From Chiloscyllium plagiosum (taxonomy: Eukaryota): a DNA stretch of 64,000 bases. The stretch spans positions 3,743,462 to 3,807,461 of the forward strand of contig NC_057755.1 in the NCBI RefSeq assembly GCF_004010195.1, written 5' to 3'. This document shows positions 37,483 through 50,749 of this stretch, piece after piece. Position numbers and translations under genes: made by a program. How positions within the stretch are numbered: the first letter of the stretch is position 1; each line of letters begins with the position of its first letter. A model generated the notes under the pieces. It had not been told where the DNA came from. It did no database searches and was given only the letters and a program-made list of their open reading frames with translations.

Positions 37483-37808
37483 AGTAACTTTTGTGGTATT
37501 ATTGCTAAACTGTTAATTCAAAGACCAGGCAATATTCTACGAACCTTGGTTTGAATTCCACCACAACAGATGGTGGAATTTGAATTCAATATAAATGTTG
37601 ATTAAGAGTCTAATGATGACCCGAATCTGTTGTCAGTTGTCAGAGCAACCCATCTGTTTCACTAATGTCCTTTGGGGAAAAAGAAATGCCAACCGAACCA
37701 GTTCTGGCCTGCAAACCCACAATAATGTGGCTGACCCTTAGCTGTCCTCTGGGCAAAATTGGGATACACAATAAATATTAGTCTAACTAGAAATGCCCTC
37801 CTCATGTG
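37483..37808 (+). mobile_element. SacSINE1-like SINE
   Basis: ggtttgaattccaccac (B-box-like), gatggtggaatttgaattcaat, aagagtctaatgatgac, actaatgtcctttgggga, aataaat..tagtc tail. Confidence 0.78.
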
Positions 37809-37809
37809 G

Positions 37810-40520
37810 ACTCCCCCACCCTAGGGAAAATATACATTGGGTACTCACCCTATCCATGATTTCATAAACCTCGATAAGTTCACCCATCAGTCTCTGACAT
37901 TCTAGTGAAAATAACCCCAGCCTACTCAGCCTCTCCCTGTAGCTCAAACCTTCTATCCCTTACCATCTTTTTGGATCTTCTGTGCACCCTTCCAAGTTTA
38001 ACAACATCTTTCCTATAGAAGGGAGACCAGAATTGAATGTAGTATTCCAAAAGTGGCCTACGCAGTTTCCTGTACAACTCAACATGACATCATAACTCCG
38101 AACTCAATACACTGACCAACAAAGGTAAGTGGACCAAATGCCATATTCACTACCTTGTCTACCTCTGACACTGCCTTTAAGGAACGATGAACCTGCACCT
38201 CCAGATCTCTGTGTTTAGCAACATTTCCTAGACTCCTACCATTAAATTTATAAATCCTGCCTTGATCTACCTTATCAAAATTCAACACCTCACACTTGCA
38301 AGTTAAAATCCATCTGCCACTCCTCAATTTAGCTGATTAAGGCCCCACTGTACTCTGAGATATCCTTTTGCACTGTCCACTGCAACAACAATTTCGATGT
38401 CATTTACTTTCCCTCCCTCCTGCGGTTACATCTAAATCACTTGCATACATGATAAAACGCAGTGGACCCAATACCAATCATCGTGGTACACAGCTGGTTA
38501 CAGGCCTCCCGTCTGGAAAAAAGACCCTTCACACACCATCCTTTGTCTCCTAACTTCAAGCCGGTTATGTATATAAATGGCTAGCTCGACCTGGATTCCA
38601 AGTGACCTAATATTGCTTAATAGTCTACCATGCAGGACCCTGTCGAATACTTTGCTGAGGTCCATACGGACACACTCCAACACTCTGTCTTCAACAATAT
38701 TCAACAATAAGACTCTACTTATTCAGACACGATTTACCACATACTAAGCAATGTTGACTCCCCTAATTAGTCCTTGCCTTTCCCACTACGTGGAGATCTT
38801 ATCCCTCAGAAACGCTTCCAACAGCTTACCCACTACTGATGTCAGCTTTGAAACGTGTGCCGCTAGGAAAGCACAGCACGTCAGGCAGCATCCGAGGAGC
38901 AGAAGAATCAACATTTCGGGAATAAGCCCTTTATCAGGAATGTGGAGAGGGAAGGGGGCTGTAAGATAAATAGATGGGTGTGGTGTGGCTGGGAGGTAGG
39001 TAGCTAGGAAGGCGATAGGTGGATTCAGGTGGGGGATAATAGTGATAGGTCGGCAGGGAAGGTGGAGTGAATAGGTGGCAAGGAAAATGGACAGGCGGAA
39101 CAGGTCAAGTTGGCGATGGCGAGTTGGAAGATTGGATTTGGGATGAGGTGGGTAGAGGGCAGATTTGGAAACAGTCCCAAGACGGAATATGGGGTGTTCT
39201 TCCTCCAGTTGTCAGTAGCTGGTATTTGACGGTGGAGGAGGCCTAGCACTGGCATATCCTTGGGGAGGGAGAGAGAAATTTGAAGTGGTCAGCCGCAGAA
39301 TAGTGGGATTGTTTGGTGCGTGTGTCCCACAGATGTTGGGCTTATGCTCAAAATCCTGCTCCTCGGAAGCTGTCTGAGCTGCTGTGCTTTTGCAGCATCA
39401 CACTTTTCAACTCTAACTCTCCAACATCTGCAGTTCTCACTTTCGCCACTACTGATGTCAGGCTAACCGGTCGATAGTTCCCTGATATTTACTTATCAAC
39501 TTTCTTAAATAGTAGCACCACATTAGCCAACCTCCAGTCTTCACAGCATCTCACCCATGGCTATCAATGACGCAAATATTCCAGCAATAAGCCCAACAAT
39601 CACTTTCCTATTTTCCCACAATGTTCTGAGATACATCTGATAACATCCTAGGGATATATCCACCTTTATGAGGTTTAAGACATCTAGCATCTCCTCCTCT
39701 GTAAATATGGACACTTTTCAAGATATCGCTGTTTAATTTCTCCATGTTTTCCTTTTCCTACCTGTGTCCATACTGACACGAAAACTGCTGTAATATCTCA
39801 CTCATTTGCTGCGGTTCCACACAAAGACGACCTTGTTATGCTTTAAGGGCCCCTATTCTCTACCCAGTTGTTCTTTTTTTTCCTTAATGCATGTGGTTTG
39901 GGTTCTCCTTAACTCTATTCGCCCTTACACTCGTCCAGGGATTCACTCAATCCCTGCTCTCTATAACTGTCTTATGCTTCCTTGTTTTTCTTCTACAGAG
40001 CCTCGGTTTTTCTAGCCATCCAGCAATCCTTACAACTACCATCCTTGCCCTTCACATTAATAGGAATATACTGTCTCTGGAATCTCATTATCTGCCTTTG
40101 AATACTTCCCACTTTCCAATCACCCTTTTACCAACAAATAACTTGTCCCTATCAACGTTTGAAAGTCCTTGCCTAATACCATGAAACTTGGCCATACATC
40201 AATGTAGAATTTTAACTTTTAGTTCCTTTAGAAATTTTCCATAATTTTTTATAATGAATAGAATTATGATCAGTAGCCCAAAATTGGTCCTCCACTGATG
40301 CCTCAGTCATCTGCCCTACCTTATTTCCCAAGAGAAGGTCAAGTTTTGCTCCTTCTATCATAGGGTCATTTACATGCTGAGTAAGAAAACTTTCTTGTAC
40401 ACATTTAACACATTTCTCTCCACAGAAGCCCTTAACACTATGGTAGTCCCAGTCTATGTTTGCAATTTTAAAATCCCATAACATTGCAACCCTAACATTC
40501 TTACAGATATCTGTGATCTT
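37810..40520 (-). mobile_element. Long CR1/HER1 LINE (endonuclease to C-terminus) interrupted by a Penelope insertion
   Basis: Minus frames DFKIANIDW, QESFLTQHV..P...AKLDLLLGN, TDHNSI (APE), MDLSKVFDRVLHGRLLS (RT), DLEVQVHRSLK. Confidence 0.88.
38846..39445. mobile_element. Penelope-like insertion with inverted terminal segments and a 16-bp target-site duplication
   Basis: 38850-39335 is antisense to the 3' end of the PLE at 32120-34197; 39338-39445 is the sense terminal repeat; ccactactgatgtcag flanks both sides (38830-38845, 39446-39461). Confidence 0.88.
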
Positions 40521-40909
40521 ACAAATTTGTCACTTACTCGTGGTGGTGTACGGATCAATTCCAGTAAGGTGATCATCCCTTTGTTGCACAGGCAAAGCGC
40601 ACAACTAGGACGCAGATGCAGTTAGTTGTCGTGGTAGCTCGGATACAATGTTTGCTGTTTGTTCCATACCATGCAATTCTGAAAGAACTGTGCAGCATTT
40701 CAGCCACTGAACAGTAAAAAAATGCCTCATTTATATTTAACATTGCAATGCAGTAACGATGAAGCCTTCTTTCATTGTGTGCAGCTTGTTTGCAAACCAC
40801 CATTCTGGAAATAAATGGATGTCAGTAGGCAATCACTAACCAACGAGATTGACCAGCTCAGAAATTCTGTGTCATTGGTCATGGGTTCTGTTGGTCCTTT
40901 TAGTTTCCC

Positions 40910-42312
40910 CAAGGTACGCTATTGCACAAAATATAGAAGCATGGAATTGCAAGTGATTTAAACATTTTGGATCAGAAATTGGCTGATTGATGGGAAATGT
41001 TCACCCTGGAGTTCAGTTACCAGTGGTGTACTGTAAGGATCTGTTTTGGGGCCACTGCTGTTTGTGATTTCCATAAATGACCTGGATGAGGGCGAGAAGG
41101 ATGGGTTAGTAAATTTGTAGATGACACTAATGTCACTGGAGTTGTGGATAATGTAGAAGGATGTTGGAGGTTACAGAGGGACATAGATAAACTGCAGAAT
41201 TGGGCTAATAGATGGCAATTGGATTAATATGGATAAAGTGTGGAGTGATTCACTTTGGAAGGAGCAATGGGAATGCAGAATACTGGGCAAATGGTGAGAT
41301 TATTGGTAGAGTAGATGAGCAGAGAGATCTATGTCCATTTACATAGATCCCTGAAAGTTGCCACCCAGGTTGATAGGGTTCTTAAGAAGGCATACAGGGT
41401 GTTAGCTTTTACTAGCAGAGGGATTGAGTTTCAGAAGCACGAGGTCCTGATGTAGCTGTACAAAATTCTGGTGCGACTGTAAATGGAGTATTGCATACAG
41501 TTCTGGTCACTGCATTATAGGAAGGATGTGGGAGTTTTGCAAAGGGATCAAAGGAGATTAGATTACTTACAGTGTGGAAACAGGCCGTTTGGCCCAACAA
41601 GTCCACACCTACCCACCGAAGCGCAACCCACCCAGACCCGTCCCTCTACACTTACCCCGTCACCTAACACTATGGGCAATTTAGCATGGCCATTTCACCT
41701 AACCTGCACATTTTAGGATTGTGTGAGGAAACCCACGCAGACACGGGGAGAATGTGCAAACTCAACACAGTCAGTCACCTGAGGCAGGAATTGAACCCGG
41801 GTCCCTGGCGTTGTGAGGCAGTGCTAACCACTGTGCCACCATACCACCCTTAATTGCTAGATTTACTAGAAAGTTGCCTGGTATGGAGGGAAGGTCTTAC
41901 GAAGAAAGGTTGAGGGACTTGAAGCTGCTTTCGTTGGAGAAGAGAAGGTTGAGAGGTGGTTTAATTGAGATATATAAGAAAATCGGAGGGTTAGATAGGA
42001 TGGATAATAAAAGCATTTTTTCCTCGGATGGTGATGGCTAGCACGAGGAGGCATAGCTTAAAAGTGAGGAGTGATAGATTTAGGACAGATGTCAGAGGTA
42101 GTTTCTTTACTTAGAGAGTAGTAGGGGCGTGGAATGCACTGCCTGCAACAGTAGCAGACTTGCCAAATTTAAGGGCATTTAAATGGTCATTAGATATTCA
42201 TATGGATGAAATTGTAATTGTGTGGGTTAAATGGGCTTCAGATTGGTTTCACAGCTCAGTGCAATATCGAGGGCGAAGGGCTTATACTGCGCTGCAATGT
42301 TATATGCTCTGT
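40910..42312 (+). mobile_element. CR1/HER1 LINE fragment interrupted by an HE1 SINE
   Basis: GSVLGPLLF, SKFVDDT (RT catalytic FADD variant), MEYCIQFWSLHYRKDV. Confidence 0.88.
41555..41849 (-). mobile_element. HE1-type SINE
   Basis: gattagattacttacagtgtggaaacaggcc tail and gaattgaacccgggtcc head, antisense. Confidence 0.9.
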
Positions 42313-42314
42313 TT

Positions 42315-42790
42315 TGTCGTCGATCAGACTAATCTTCGGGTTGCACCTCCTACCACACATTTGGCAGGTGCTTCCAGGAGGTGGAATTGCTCCTTGGCCT
42401 CGAGATCATTGGCATTCTTTTCTCCAGTTCCCTTTCTGTACTTCCTCTTGCCAATGCTGTTCTCAAAGAATTGTGCCTCTTCGTACAAGAGCTTCATCCA
42501 AGTCAGTTTCTTCTGAACTAGGGTCTCCCTCACATTGAACAGCAATGTTGCATTTCTCAAGAGAAGCCTTCAGGGAGCTTTTGAAATGCTTCCTGTGTCC
42601 CCTTCTCGTTTGAGTGTCTTCCATAAGCTGGGCAAATATGATCTGCTTTGGCATTCGGAACTCAGGCTTCGTGGACACATGGCTGGCCCAACAGAGTTTG
42701 AATGCAAAAATGGTAATATTCAAGAGACGGATAGTTCCAAGGATGTTCCATTTAACCGTTCCAAAGTGTTAGTTATATTCAGTGCTGCGT
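42315..42790 (-). mobile_element. RTE (BovB-like) LINE C-terminal fragment
   Basis: CWASHVSTKPEFRMPKQIIFAQL...RRGHRKHFKSSLKASLEKCNI, matching the RTE motif RWAGHV.RM...R.PK.....L..G.R..G...KR.KD.LK. Confidence 0.78.
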
Positions 42791-43103
42791 AGAAACGCAA
42801 TCAGGACTTATCCCAAGCTTTTAAATTGAACACTTGACATACACTGTCAGTAAGACAGCTCCAGAATCACAATAAGAGTAAGAAATAGCTAAGTCCCTGA
42901 CTCCAGAGTGGCTGAACTATGTGAAATTGATATGAAAATAGTATGTTAGATATGTTGGCTAATAGCTTTCTCAATTAACTTTATAAATTCATGCGACGTT
43001 AGCAATGTGAGGCTTCATCAATCCGGGAATGATTACAAGTAACAGTAAAGTTTATTAGACAGGCTGGTGAGCATATACTATCACAATGCGGGTCTTGCAA
43101 TTA

Positions 43104-43443
43104 GAGCGGCACGGTGGCTTAGTAGTTATCACCGCTGCCTCACAGTGCCAAGGACCTGGATTTGATTCCAACCTCGAGCTACCCTCTATGTGGAGTTTGC
43201 ACATTCTCCCAGTGACTGCGTGGGTTTCCTCCGGGTGGTCAGTTTACACCCACAGTCCAAAGATGTGTAAGTTAGGTAAACTAGCCATGCAGTCCAGAGT
43301 GTGCAGGGATGTATAGGTTAGAGATATTAGTCAGGGGAAAGGTAGAATAATAGGGTAAGGGTTTGGGTGGGGCACTCCTCAGAGGTTCAGTATGGACTTG
43401 TTGGGCCAAATGGCGTGTTTCTACACTGTAGAGACTCTATGAT
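43104..43443 (+). mobile_element. HE1-type SINE
   Basis: gcggcacggtggcttagtagtta head, tgtggagtttgcacattctccc core, cacactgtag..ctatgat tail. Confidence 0.85.
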
Positions 43444-43589
43444 ACATTAAGTCGAATATTTACTGAAGCAGTCCCATAATCACAGGCGGAGGGACTGTTT
43501 AAGATGAAACCAGACAGATAATTAATTAAACATTGTAAAAAGTGGCACAGCAAGTGAAAGGTCATGGCTGATATGTGTGGTTTATTCTG

Positions 43590-45055
43590 TTGCCTTATAA
43601 GGAAAAGCTAGACCTATGTCCTCCAGAGGTCAGAAAGGTCAAAGGTGACGTAATTGAAACATGAAGGTATTTTGACTGCATGAATGATGAAAGAATGATT
43701 CCCCTTATGGGAGAGTCTAGAACTAAGAGTCAATATTTTAAAAAGGGAGGCGGGGGGGGGGGGGGCACCCATTTAGATCCGAGAAAAAGAAACGATTTTT
43801 TTCTCTCAGACGGTTGTGTTTTTGCAATTCCCTTCCTCAAAATACTTTAGGCGGAATCTTGCAATATGCATAAGGTTGACATGGACAGATTCTTGGTAAC
43901 CAAGGGGATATGTTACAACATATGGATAGCAATCCAAAACAAACCAGTCTCATTGTATCTCGAATCAAAACATTAAACAACCCTCAAAATAGCTGAACTG
44001 TTCCGACTCAGACCTGATAAATAACAGATCTTGGTCACCAAGTTTACAAATTAAATTAACAATTCATTATCAAAAATAACGGTAGCCGAACCAGAAAAAC
44101 AAAAAAAGGCAATCTAATTAATGTCTACGATATAAGTCCAATTGACTATGCTACTAAACTGCCACTGACACACTGACAAACCGACACAATTAAACCAGAA
44201 ATGAAAATCAAAGAACCATAATTTGCCAGCTGCAATAACCACTTCAATGATTAGTATCAGGTCTTTATCGAATACTTGAACGATTGATTTTATGACATGC
44301 ATGTTGGAACGTAAACTTTGCTTGAAAGTGCTAAAGTCACCAATCAGTGCAAACATCTTCGGCAAATCTCTGCAGACTTTTTCATATTTCTTACACACTG
44401 ATTCTGACCCATTCTAATCTTAACAATTTCCAACAAGTTGATAACTGGAGTATAACTAGAGAGAACCTAGTCCAGAAGCTTCTAGAGGAGAAATTGCCTC
44501 CTGCAGTCAGAATCTGTTCACTCTTTGCTATTTTCTTCTCCGTGATTGACTTGTCAGCACTGGTTTCCTCCTGTGATTGACAAGCTCCTTGGATGCTGCC
44601 TGAACTGCTGTGCTCTTCCAGCACCACTAATCCAGAATCTGGTTTCCAGTATCTGCAGTCATTGTTTTTACCTCAAATACAATATCCAACCAGCTTTCAG
44701 TCCCTCAGCATAACAGCATCTCAGTGCCAACTTGTCTGCCGTGTGCTCCCAGCAGTAATTAGCCTGAAGTGTCTTTCCAGATCAGTTCCCACCAGCAAAC
44801 AGTTTTTTGTTCATCTTTTTTTCGGAAAAAAGTTGCTTTTTAAAGTTCAAGGTTCAATTCTTAACTTCGACTCTAAAGCAAGAATGAGATAAATAAAAAA
44901 AAAGGTAGTGAGGATCTCAAGAGGTGAAAAATTATCATGGGATATGCAGGAATGTAGAGTTGAAGTTAAAAAATCAGGCCAGCCATGACCTTATCGAATG
45001 ACACAGCATGTTTGAGTGGCCGAATGGCTTATTGTCGTTTCTTTTTCATAAGTTC
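43590..45055 (+). mobile_element. CR1 3' fragment split by a roughly 1-kb insertion (about 43911-44918, possible solo LTR) that contains a short PLE terminal piece (44590-44672)
   Basis: CR1 stops at ttcttggtaaccaaggggata (43910) and resumes at about 44920 (gcaggaatgtagagttg..cagccatgaccttatcgaatg); insert begins TGTTAC; ggatgctgcctgaactgctgtgctcttccagcaccac matches the PLE end. Confidence 0.55.
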
Positions 45056-45699
45056 CTCCTGACACTGTTTTTGAAATGAAGCATAGTCACATGACTTTGA
45101 TATTGAGCATCAGACGTCACAATGGAAGATAAGGCTCACATAGATGGAGATAATATGCCCCTGATAGGATATGAAGTTGGAGCTTGAACATACAGGACTG
45201 AAGTTTGGCTGCAATATCTATGCGATTGATTCCTTCGTTTTTATGAAATGAACATATCTATCCTCAGCGTTAATTCAGGTCTGGATTCCACCAGTGATTT
45301 CAGGTCTCTGTCCCCTTCTGCTGAACTTATTTCCCCACGGCCTGGAAAACAGCAAATGAGCAGATTGACTCAGCTTCCATGTTACTCAATGTTTCAACGA
45401 TGTTGCCAACACCACAAATTAAAACGATGGCACATTAAAAATGAACACATGTTACTCACCTAACATGCACTAGACTCCTGAAGGTCAGTATGAGATGGTG
45501 GAATGCAGGGACAGATTGGTCTGTGAAGAATTTTGATTCTCGGGACAGAGCAACCAGGGACCAGTTTACACTGAGTGCTGAGGTGAAATCTTTAGCACAA
45601 TCATCTGTAAGATAGTTTTCATCCAAGCTTGGATCTAAGGAAGAGAAATAACATGAATCATTACAAGTAATTGACATGCCATCCACCACACTAAAAGTC

Positions 45700-46295
45700 C
45701 ATTCAATTCACAAATGACGCACACTGACAGTAGAATGGAACATTTACAAGTTGAATTGATCAACTCCACCGTCACCATTGACTGTTCACAAGGAACAACT
45801 CAGAACTGTGATCTAATAATTCCCACTTGCCTGGTTGGACGCAGTTCCAACAACACTAAAGAAGCATGGATCAATCCAGAACAAAGCTGGCAACTTGACT
45901 GGCACCACATGCACAAGCATCCACTCCCTCCACTCAGTAGCAGCTGTGCGAATGATCTACAAGAAACACTGCAGAAATTCACCAAAGATCCTTCGACAGC
46001 ACTTTCCAAGCTTAGACCATTTTTAGCTAGAAGGATAAGAGCTGAAGATACATGGGAAAACCAGCTCATGCATGTTCACCTCCAAGTCACTCACCATTCT
46101 GACTTGGGAATATATGGTTGTTCATTGAGTGTTGTGTCAAAATCCTGATATTCCCTCCTTAACTGCATTGTCAACCTACAACGCAGACTGAAGTGGTTCA
46201 AGAAGAAAGCTTGTCACCACCTTCTCGAGGGCAACTGAAGACGGGCAACAAATGCTGGCCCAGACACCAACACACACACTCCACAAGTGAATTTT
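45700..46295 (+). mobile_element. Second CR1-clade LINE family, 3' fragment
   Basis: caccaccttctcgagggcaactgaagacgggcaacaaatgctggcc terminus. Confidence 0.75.
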
Positions 46296-46569
46296 AGGAA
46301 ATCACAAGTATATTTCAACAGCAACTTTAAAAATCCTGACACTCTGCAACTGGAATAACTCGCATGTTAGTTGGTAGTGTGCTGCAACCAGCCCCACTTG
46401 CAGATTTTTGGCCTGGGCATCAGAGCTTGGAAGTAGTCCATCCGGCGTGAATGCTCATTCTGGAGCAGCTCTAACATTTGTATAAGATTTCAATCAATCA
46501 CCTTTTGATTTTTTTTTCCTTTCTGATTTTGAACACACTTTTGCATTTGCTTCGTGTGGACAATTGTGG

Positions 46570-46995
46570 AATCATACCGTACTAAAGAGGCTTTTGGGCC
46601 CATAAAGACTGCACCACCAACTACATACTACGAACAACGACAACGTTTGTCCCACTTTCCAGCACCAAGTCCATATTCTTGAATAGTATGACACTTCAAG
46701 TGCTCATCTAACTTGTGAGGTTTCCCACCTCAACTGCCCTTCACAGTGCACTCCACCATCCTCTGCCAGAAAATATTTTTCCTCAAATGATTTTTGAACC
46801 TCCTGCCTTTCAATTTGAAATTATGCTCCCTTGTTACTGATTCTTCGATTAAGAGGTGCAGCTGGTTGCTATACACCTTATCCATGCACTAATTAACTTC
46901 ATTCACCTCAATCATGACCCCCCTCAAACCTCTCTGCTCTAAAGAAGATAAGATGAGTTTATCTAGCCTCTCTTCATTGCTCAGAGATTTCATCT
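46570..46995 (-). mobile_element. Decayed CR1 3' fragment
   Basis: Antisense CR1 3' motifs (ccttatccatgcac, cctctctgctctaaagaa). Confidence 0.65.
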
Positions 46996-47374
46996 GATCC
47001 CAATACTCTGCAGGGATAATTATTGTGTTAAGCAGTAATGGATTCACCTATTCCCAGTCTGCTGTCCTATGAGAACAGCAGCTTTTAGTGTTATCCCTGC
47101 AGCAGATGTTTTGGTCATTCAGAGTTCAGCTGGTTGACATTACTATTGCAGGTCAATAGAAAAATGACCAATATGGCTGAGTTGCCTCGATGTAAGTTTG
47201 CTGTGGTAATGAATGCTATCTTTCAAGTCCCAGATCCCCGACTCCCAATATCCAAAAAGAGTTTCTTTCACATTTGCAATAACTCTGCCTGAAGGGACAA
47301 TCATCTTTCATAGATTAATCCCAGCAAGATGAATTTCGTTGTCTCAGGCACTGACAGCTGAGGAATTTCATTTA

Positions 47375-47560
47375 AATTAAAGTCACCATGATCATCAGGG
47401 AGAGGCAATTGATGGTGGTGTAAACTGAGAGACACCACCCTCAGCCAAGAAGGGTATTCCTTTAATAATATCTTCAGCTGGTGTGGAATTGAACCCACGT
47501 TGATGGTAATGCTCTGCATTACAAACTCGCTGTCCAGTCAAGAAAGCTAAAGTGACCCAA
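47375..47560 (-). mobile_element. tRNA-derived SINE of a further family (partial second copy at about 20220-20320)
   Basis: Minus strand tttagctttcttgactgga...gtgggttcaattcc; tggtggtg..taa...accac..ctcag segment shared with 20236-20272. Confidence 0.6.
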
Positions 47561-50500
47561 CAACTGTACAGTGTGGGCATAGGCCTCTGAGTCAGAGGCC
47601 AGAAAAATGACTGTTATTGCTGCACCTACATCACGCGGCTGAATCACTCTGGAGATATTAGCTGCCAAAAACGATGATATGTCATATTTATTATTAACAT
47701 TATTTATCCTAATAACTATGTATCCTATCATATCCAGTTATGAAACACAAAAATACTATCATCTCATAGTTACCGTAGATCCTGTAATTTGCATTCTGGT
47801 TCTTCAGAAATGCAGAAAATATTCTTAGTCCTGAATCCCGCAGATTGTTGTAACTCAGGTTCAGATTTTTTCACCGATGTGTTTATGTTGAGAACAGAAG
47901 AGAGATCCAAGGCACAAGGGTCCGTGAGATAGCAGAAAAAGAGGGTTGAGAAAGGGATGGAGAAGGAGACAGAAAAGCATCGGTGAAGTGGTAGCATTTC
48001 CTTATCTTGATAATGCTGTCAATAAGGTACAGTGACTAATGTCTGATTAGTAGATTTGCAACACAATCATCAAAGATGGTTACTTACTGAAGATCTTGTA
48101 TTCTACATTCTGAGTGCCTTAAAGCAACAGACAGAGACTTGATTCCGACATCTCCCAGTTTATTAATACTCAGGTTCGATCTGTTAATGATCGGTTTGCA
48201 CAGAGAGCAGAGGCGAAATCCACAACACAAGATTCAGTGAGAGCAACAGATTGCAACCTGGTGATCAGCGAATTGGAAAAATAAGAGAATTGGCAGGAAG
48301 ACTGAACAATTAATACACTGTCATTGATGGTGATAAGAATGCAGTATCTTTTAGAAAATTTGATAATATATTAACATACAATACTAAATTATGCCAATTC
48401 CGATTTTTAACAATATACTCAATGGTGGACGACAGATTATTCCAAACAGAGTTTCATATGATCTGGTACTCACTCCAGTTTCTGTATTTTACACTCACGC
48501 TCCCTCAAAGCTGAACACAGTAATTTCAGTCCTGAGTCTTCTAGTTCATTATCGCTTAGCCAAAACACAGGAAGACAAAATGAGGAAGAAAGATCACTTA
48601 ATTATCAGTTAACATATACCTTCACTATCGCAGATATAGGAAAATAAGGAAAGCATTCACTCTTTAACTACTCTGTTGTGTTATTCAATTTAATGAATTA
48701 CAGTCAGTTCTGATTTAATGCACGATTTCTCTTGCAATTTTCCGTTTTAGGAAAATCACACAATTACAGCGCCTTTTAAACTAATGGGTTCGGAAGCATG
48801 TTATATCTAATACAGGTAAGGAAGGATTGCATTCTACAAATAATGGTTTAATTTCTTCCATCATATTAAAGCAAATATAATTATAGGAAAGACTGTATTG
48901 GTTTGGGAAAGCATTATTTTTTTTTCATTTAGTGTCATTTCCTGCTGACAGGTTTGTTCAGTTTTTCCAATGTTCTCTGCATCTTTGTTGGTCGTACCAC
49001 CATTAAAATAGTTATGACTGGTCCATAACGTGTGAAATTCTGATCTCATTCGCAATTGAGTGTGGATCATTCATGAAATTCAAGGGTAGGCCTGGGTTAT
49101 TTCTTATATATTGTAAAACCATCTCCTTACAGTAACGCCTCTTCCCCCCTTACTTTTCACCAGTGTAAGAAGCTCAGATATTACTCTGTCAAGAAAACAG
49201 ATATTTTCTTAACCTTCTCCTAATCTACCAGTCAAATTCACCCCATGGACTAGTGCAGAGTATGCACCATATTGTATTTATTCTCCCGTCCGTACACTTA
49301 CTCTCGTTCAGCTCATATATTTCATGGAATCCAAATTGCAAATGCCTCTCTCCCTTGTCGAGCTGAACTACCTCTCCTCCGTGGTCCCATGTCTGCGATA
49401 ACAGTCCTTTCACCTCAGATCTGCAGACCTCCCTATCAAGGGTGTTTCCACCGCATCTTTCCTTAATAAGCCACTGTTGACAAACTCTTAATCCTGATTC
49501 ACTTTATGATCTGAAACACAGTTGTCCCCTCTCAAAGCATTGCACATTTTTATTCCATTATTCAGTATTCCTGCTTCCAACAACAGGACTAAGACGGCTT
49601 TTGTCAACATAGAAATGACATTCCATATGGCTATGACAACGATAAACTCATGCTACTCGTTCTTTCCGAAAGCCTGCAGCAGTTCACACAGTTTGAATTG
49701 ATTGCTCTCCACCAGTGTAACACAAACACCATTTCACTGAGTGATACTGCACTCATATGGTAAGATTTGCTGAATACGCTCAACCAATACTTCTGGTATT
49801 CCACCAATAGTTGCCATTTCAAAATCTTTTTTCTTTGCCCAAAATCGTGCTGCCACGTTGGGTGATCATCCAGAAAAAAAAAGACATCGATTTCCACACA
49901 TCAAGTTTAATGGCGACAAAAACCTGTCACTCACCATCACCCCTCGACCTTTCCATGCTCTCTAAATTATAATGTAACACTGAATTCTTGTTCAAAACTA
50001 GCCAAATGGTGTCCATGTTAGCTTTTAGAAACCTATTGACAAGGAAATCTATATTCCTTTGTATGTTTGCACTTACCATGAGAAATAGTTGCAACCCTTC
50101 CCCCCTACCAAAGTGAATAACCTCACATTTTCAATTTTTTTCTGCCATTTGGCATGTTTTTGCACATTCACTAAGTCTGTTCAACTCCTCCTGGAGCAGC
50201 TTTAAATTATACTCACAACAATTGCAAAGATGACATTTGATCCTCACCTCCAATATATTTATATAAGAGAGAGAGAGAGAGAGAGCGCGCACTGGAAACG
50301 TTTTTTAAGTATATCATTAAAAATAATATATTTCCTAACCAAAATAGGAGACAGTTTTCCAAATGTATCAGTGTAAATGCCCCTGGGGCTAATTGTGATT
50401 AGGTTCAGCGGCTGAGCGGTGCAATTTCCCTGGAAGTCTAAGTATTGCTCATAGTTTGCATGGTAATGTATTATGACATTTAAGTGTATTTGTGGACAGC

Positions 50501-50749
50501 AATATATTGCCCATTATTTTACCCACTGTTACTTAAAGATATCATGATAGTGTGATTCCTATTTCAAGAATCCCCAACTGGCAAAACAGCCTCCCAACAT
50601 ACAGTCTATCCAGCCCTGTTCGAACTTTATACATTCAAATCATATCCCCATCAATGCTCAAAACTCTAGTGACCACACGATCCAATTGAACCAAGCCCAC
50701 CTCATTTGGGAGTACTGCCAATCTTGGTATCAGCCAGTGCATCCTCGAT

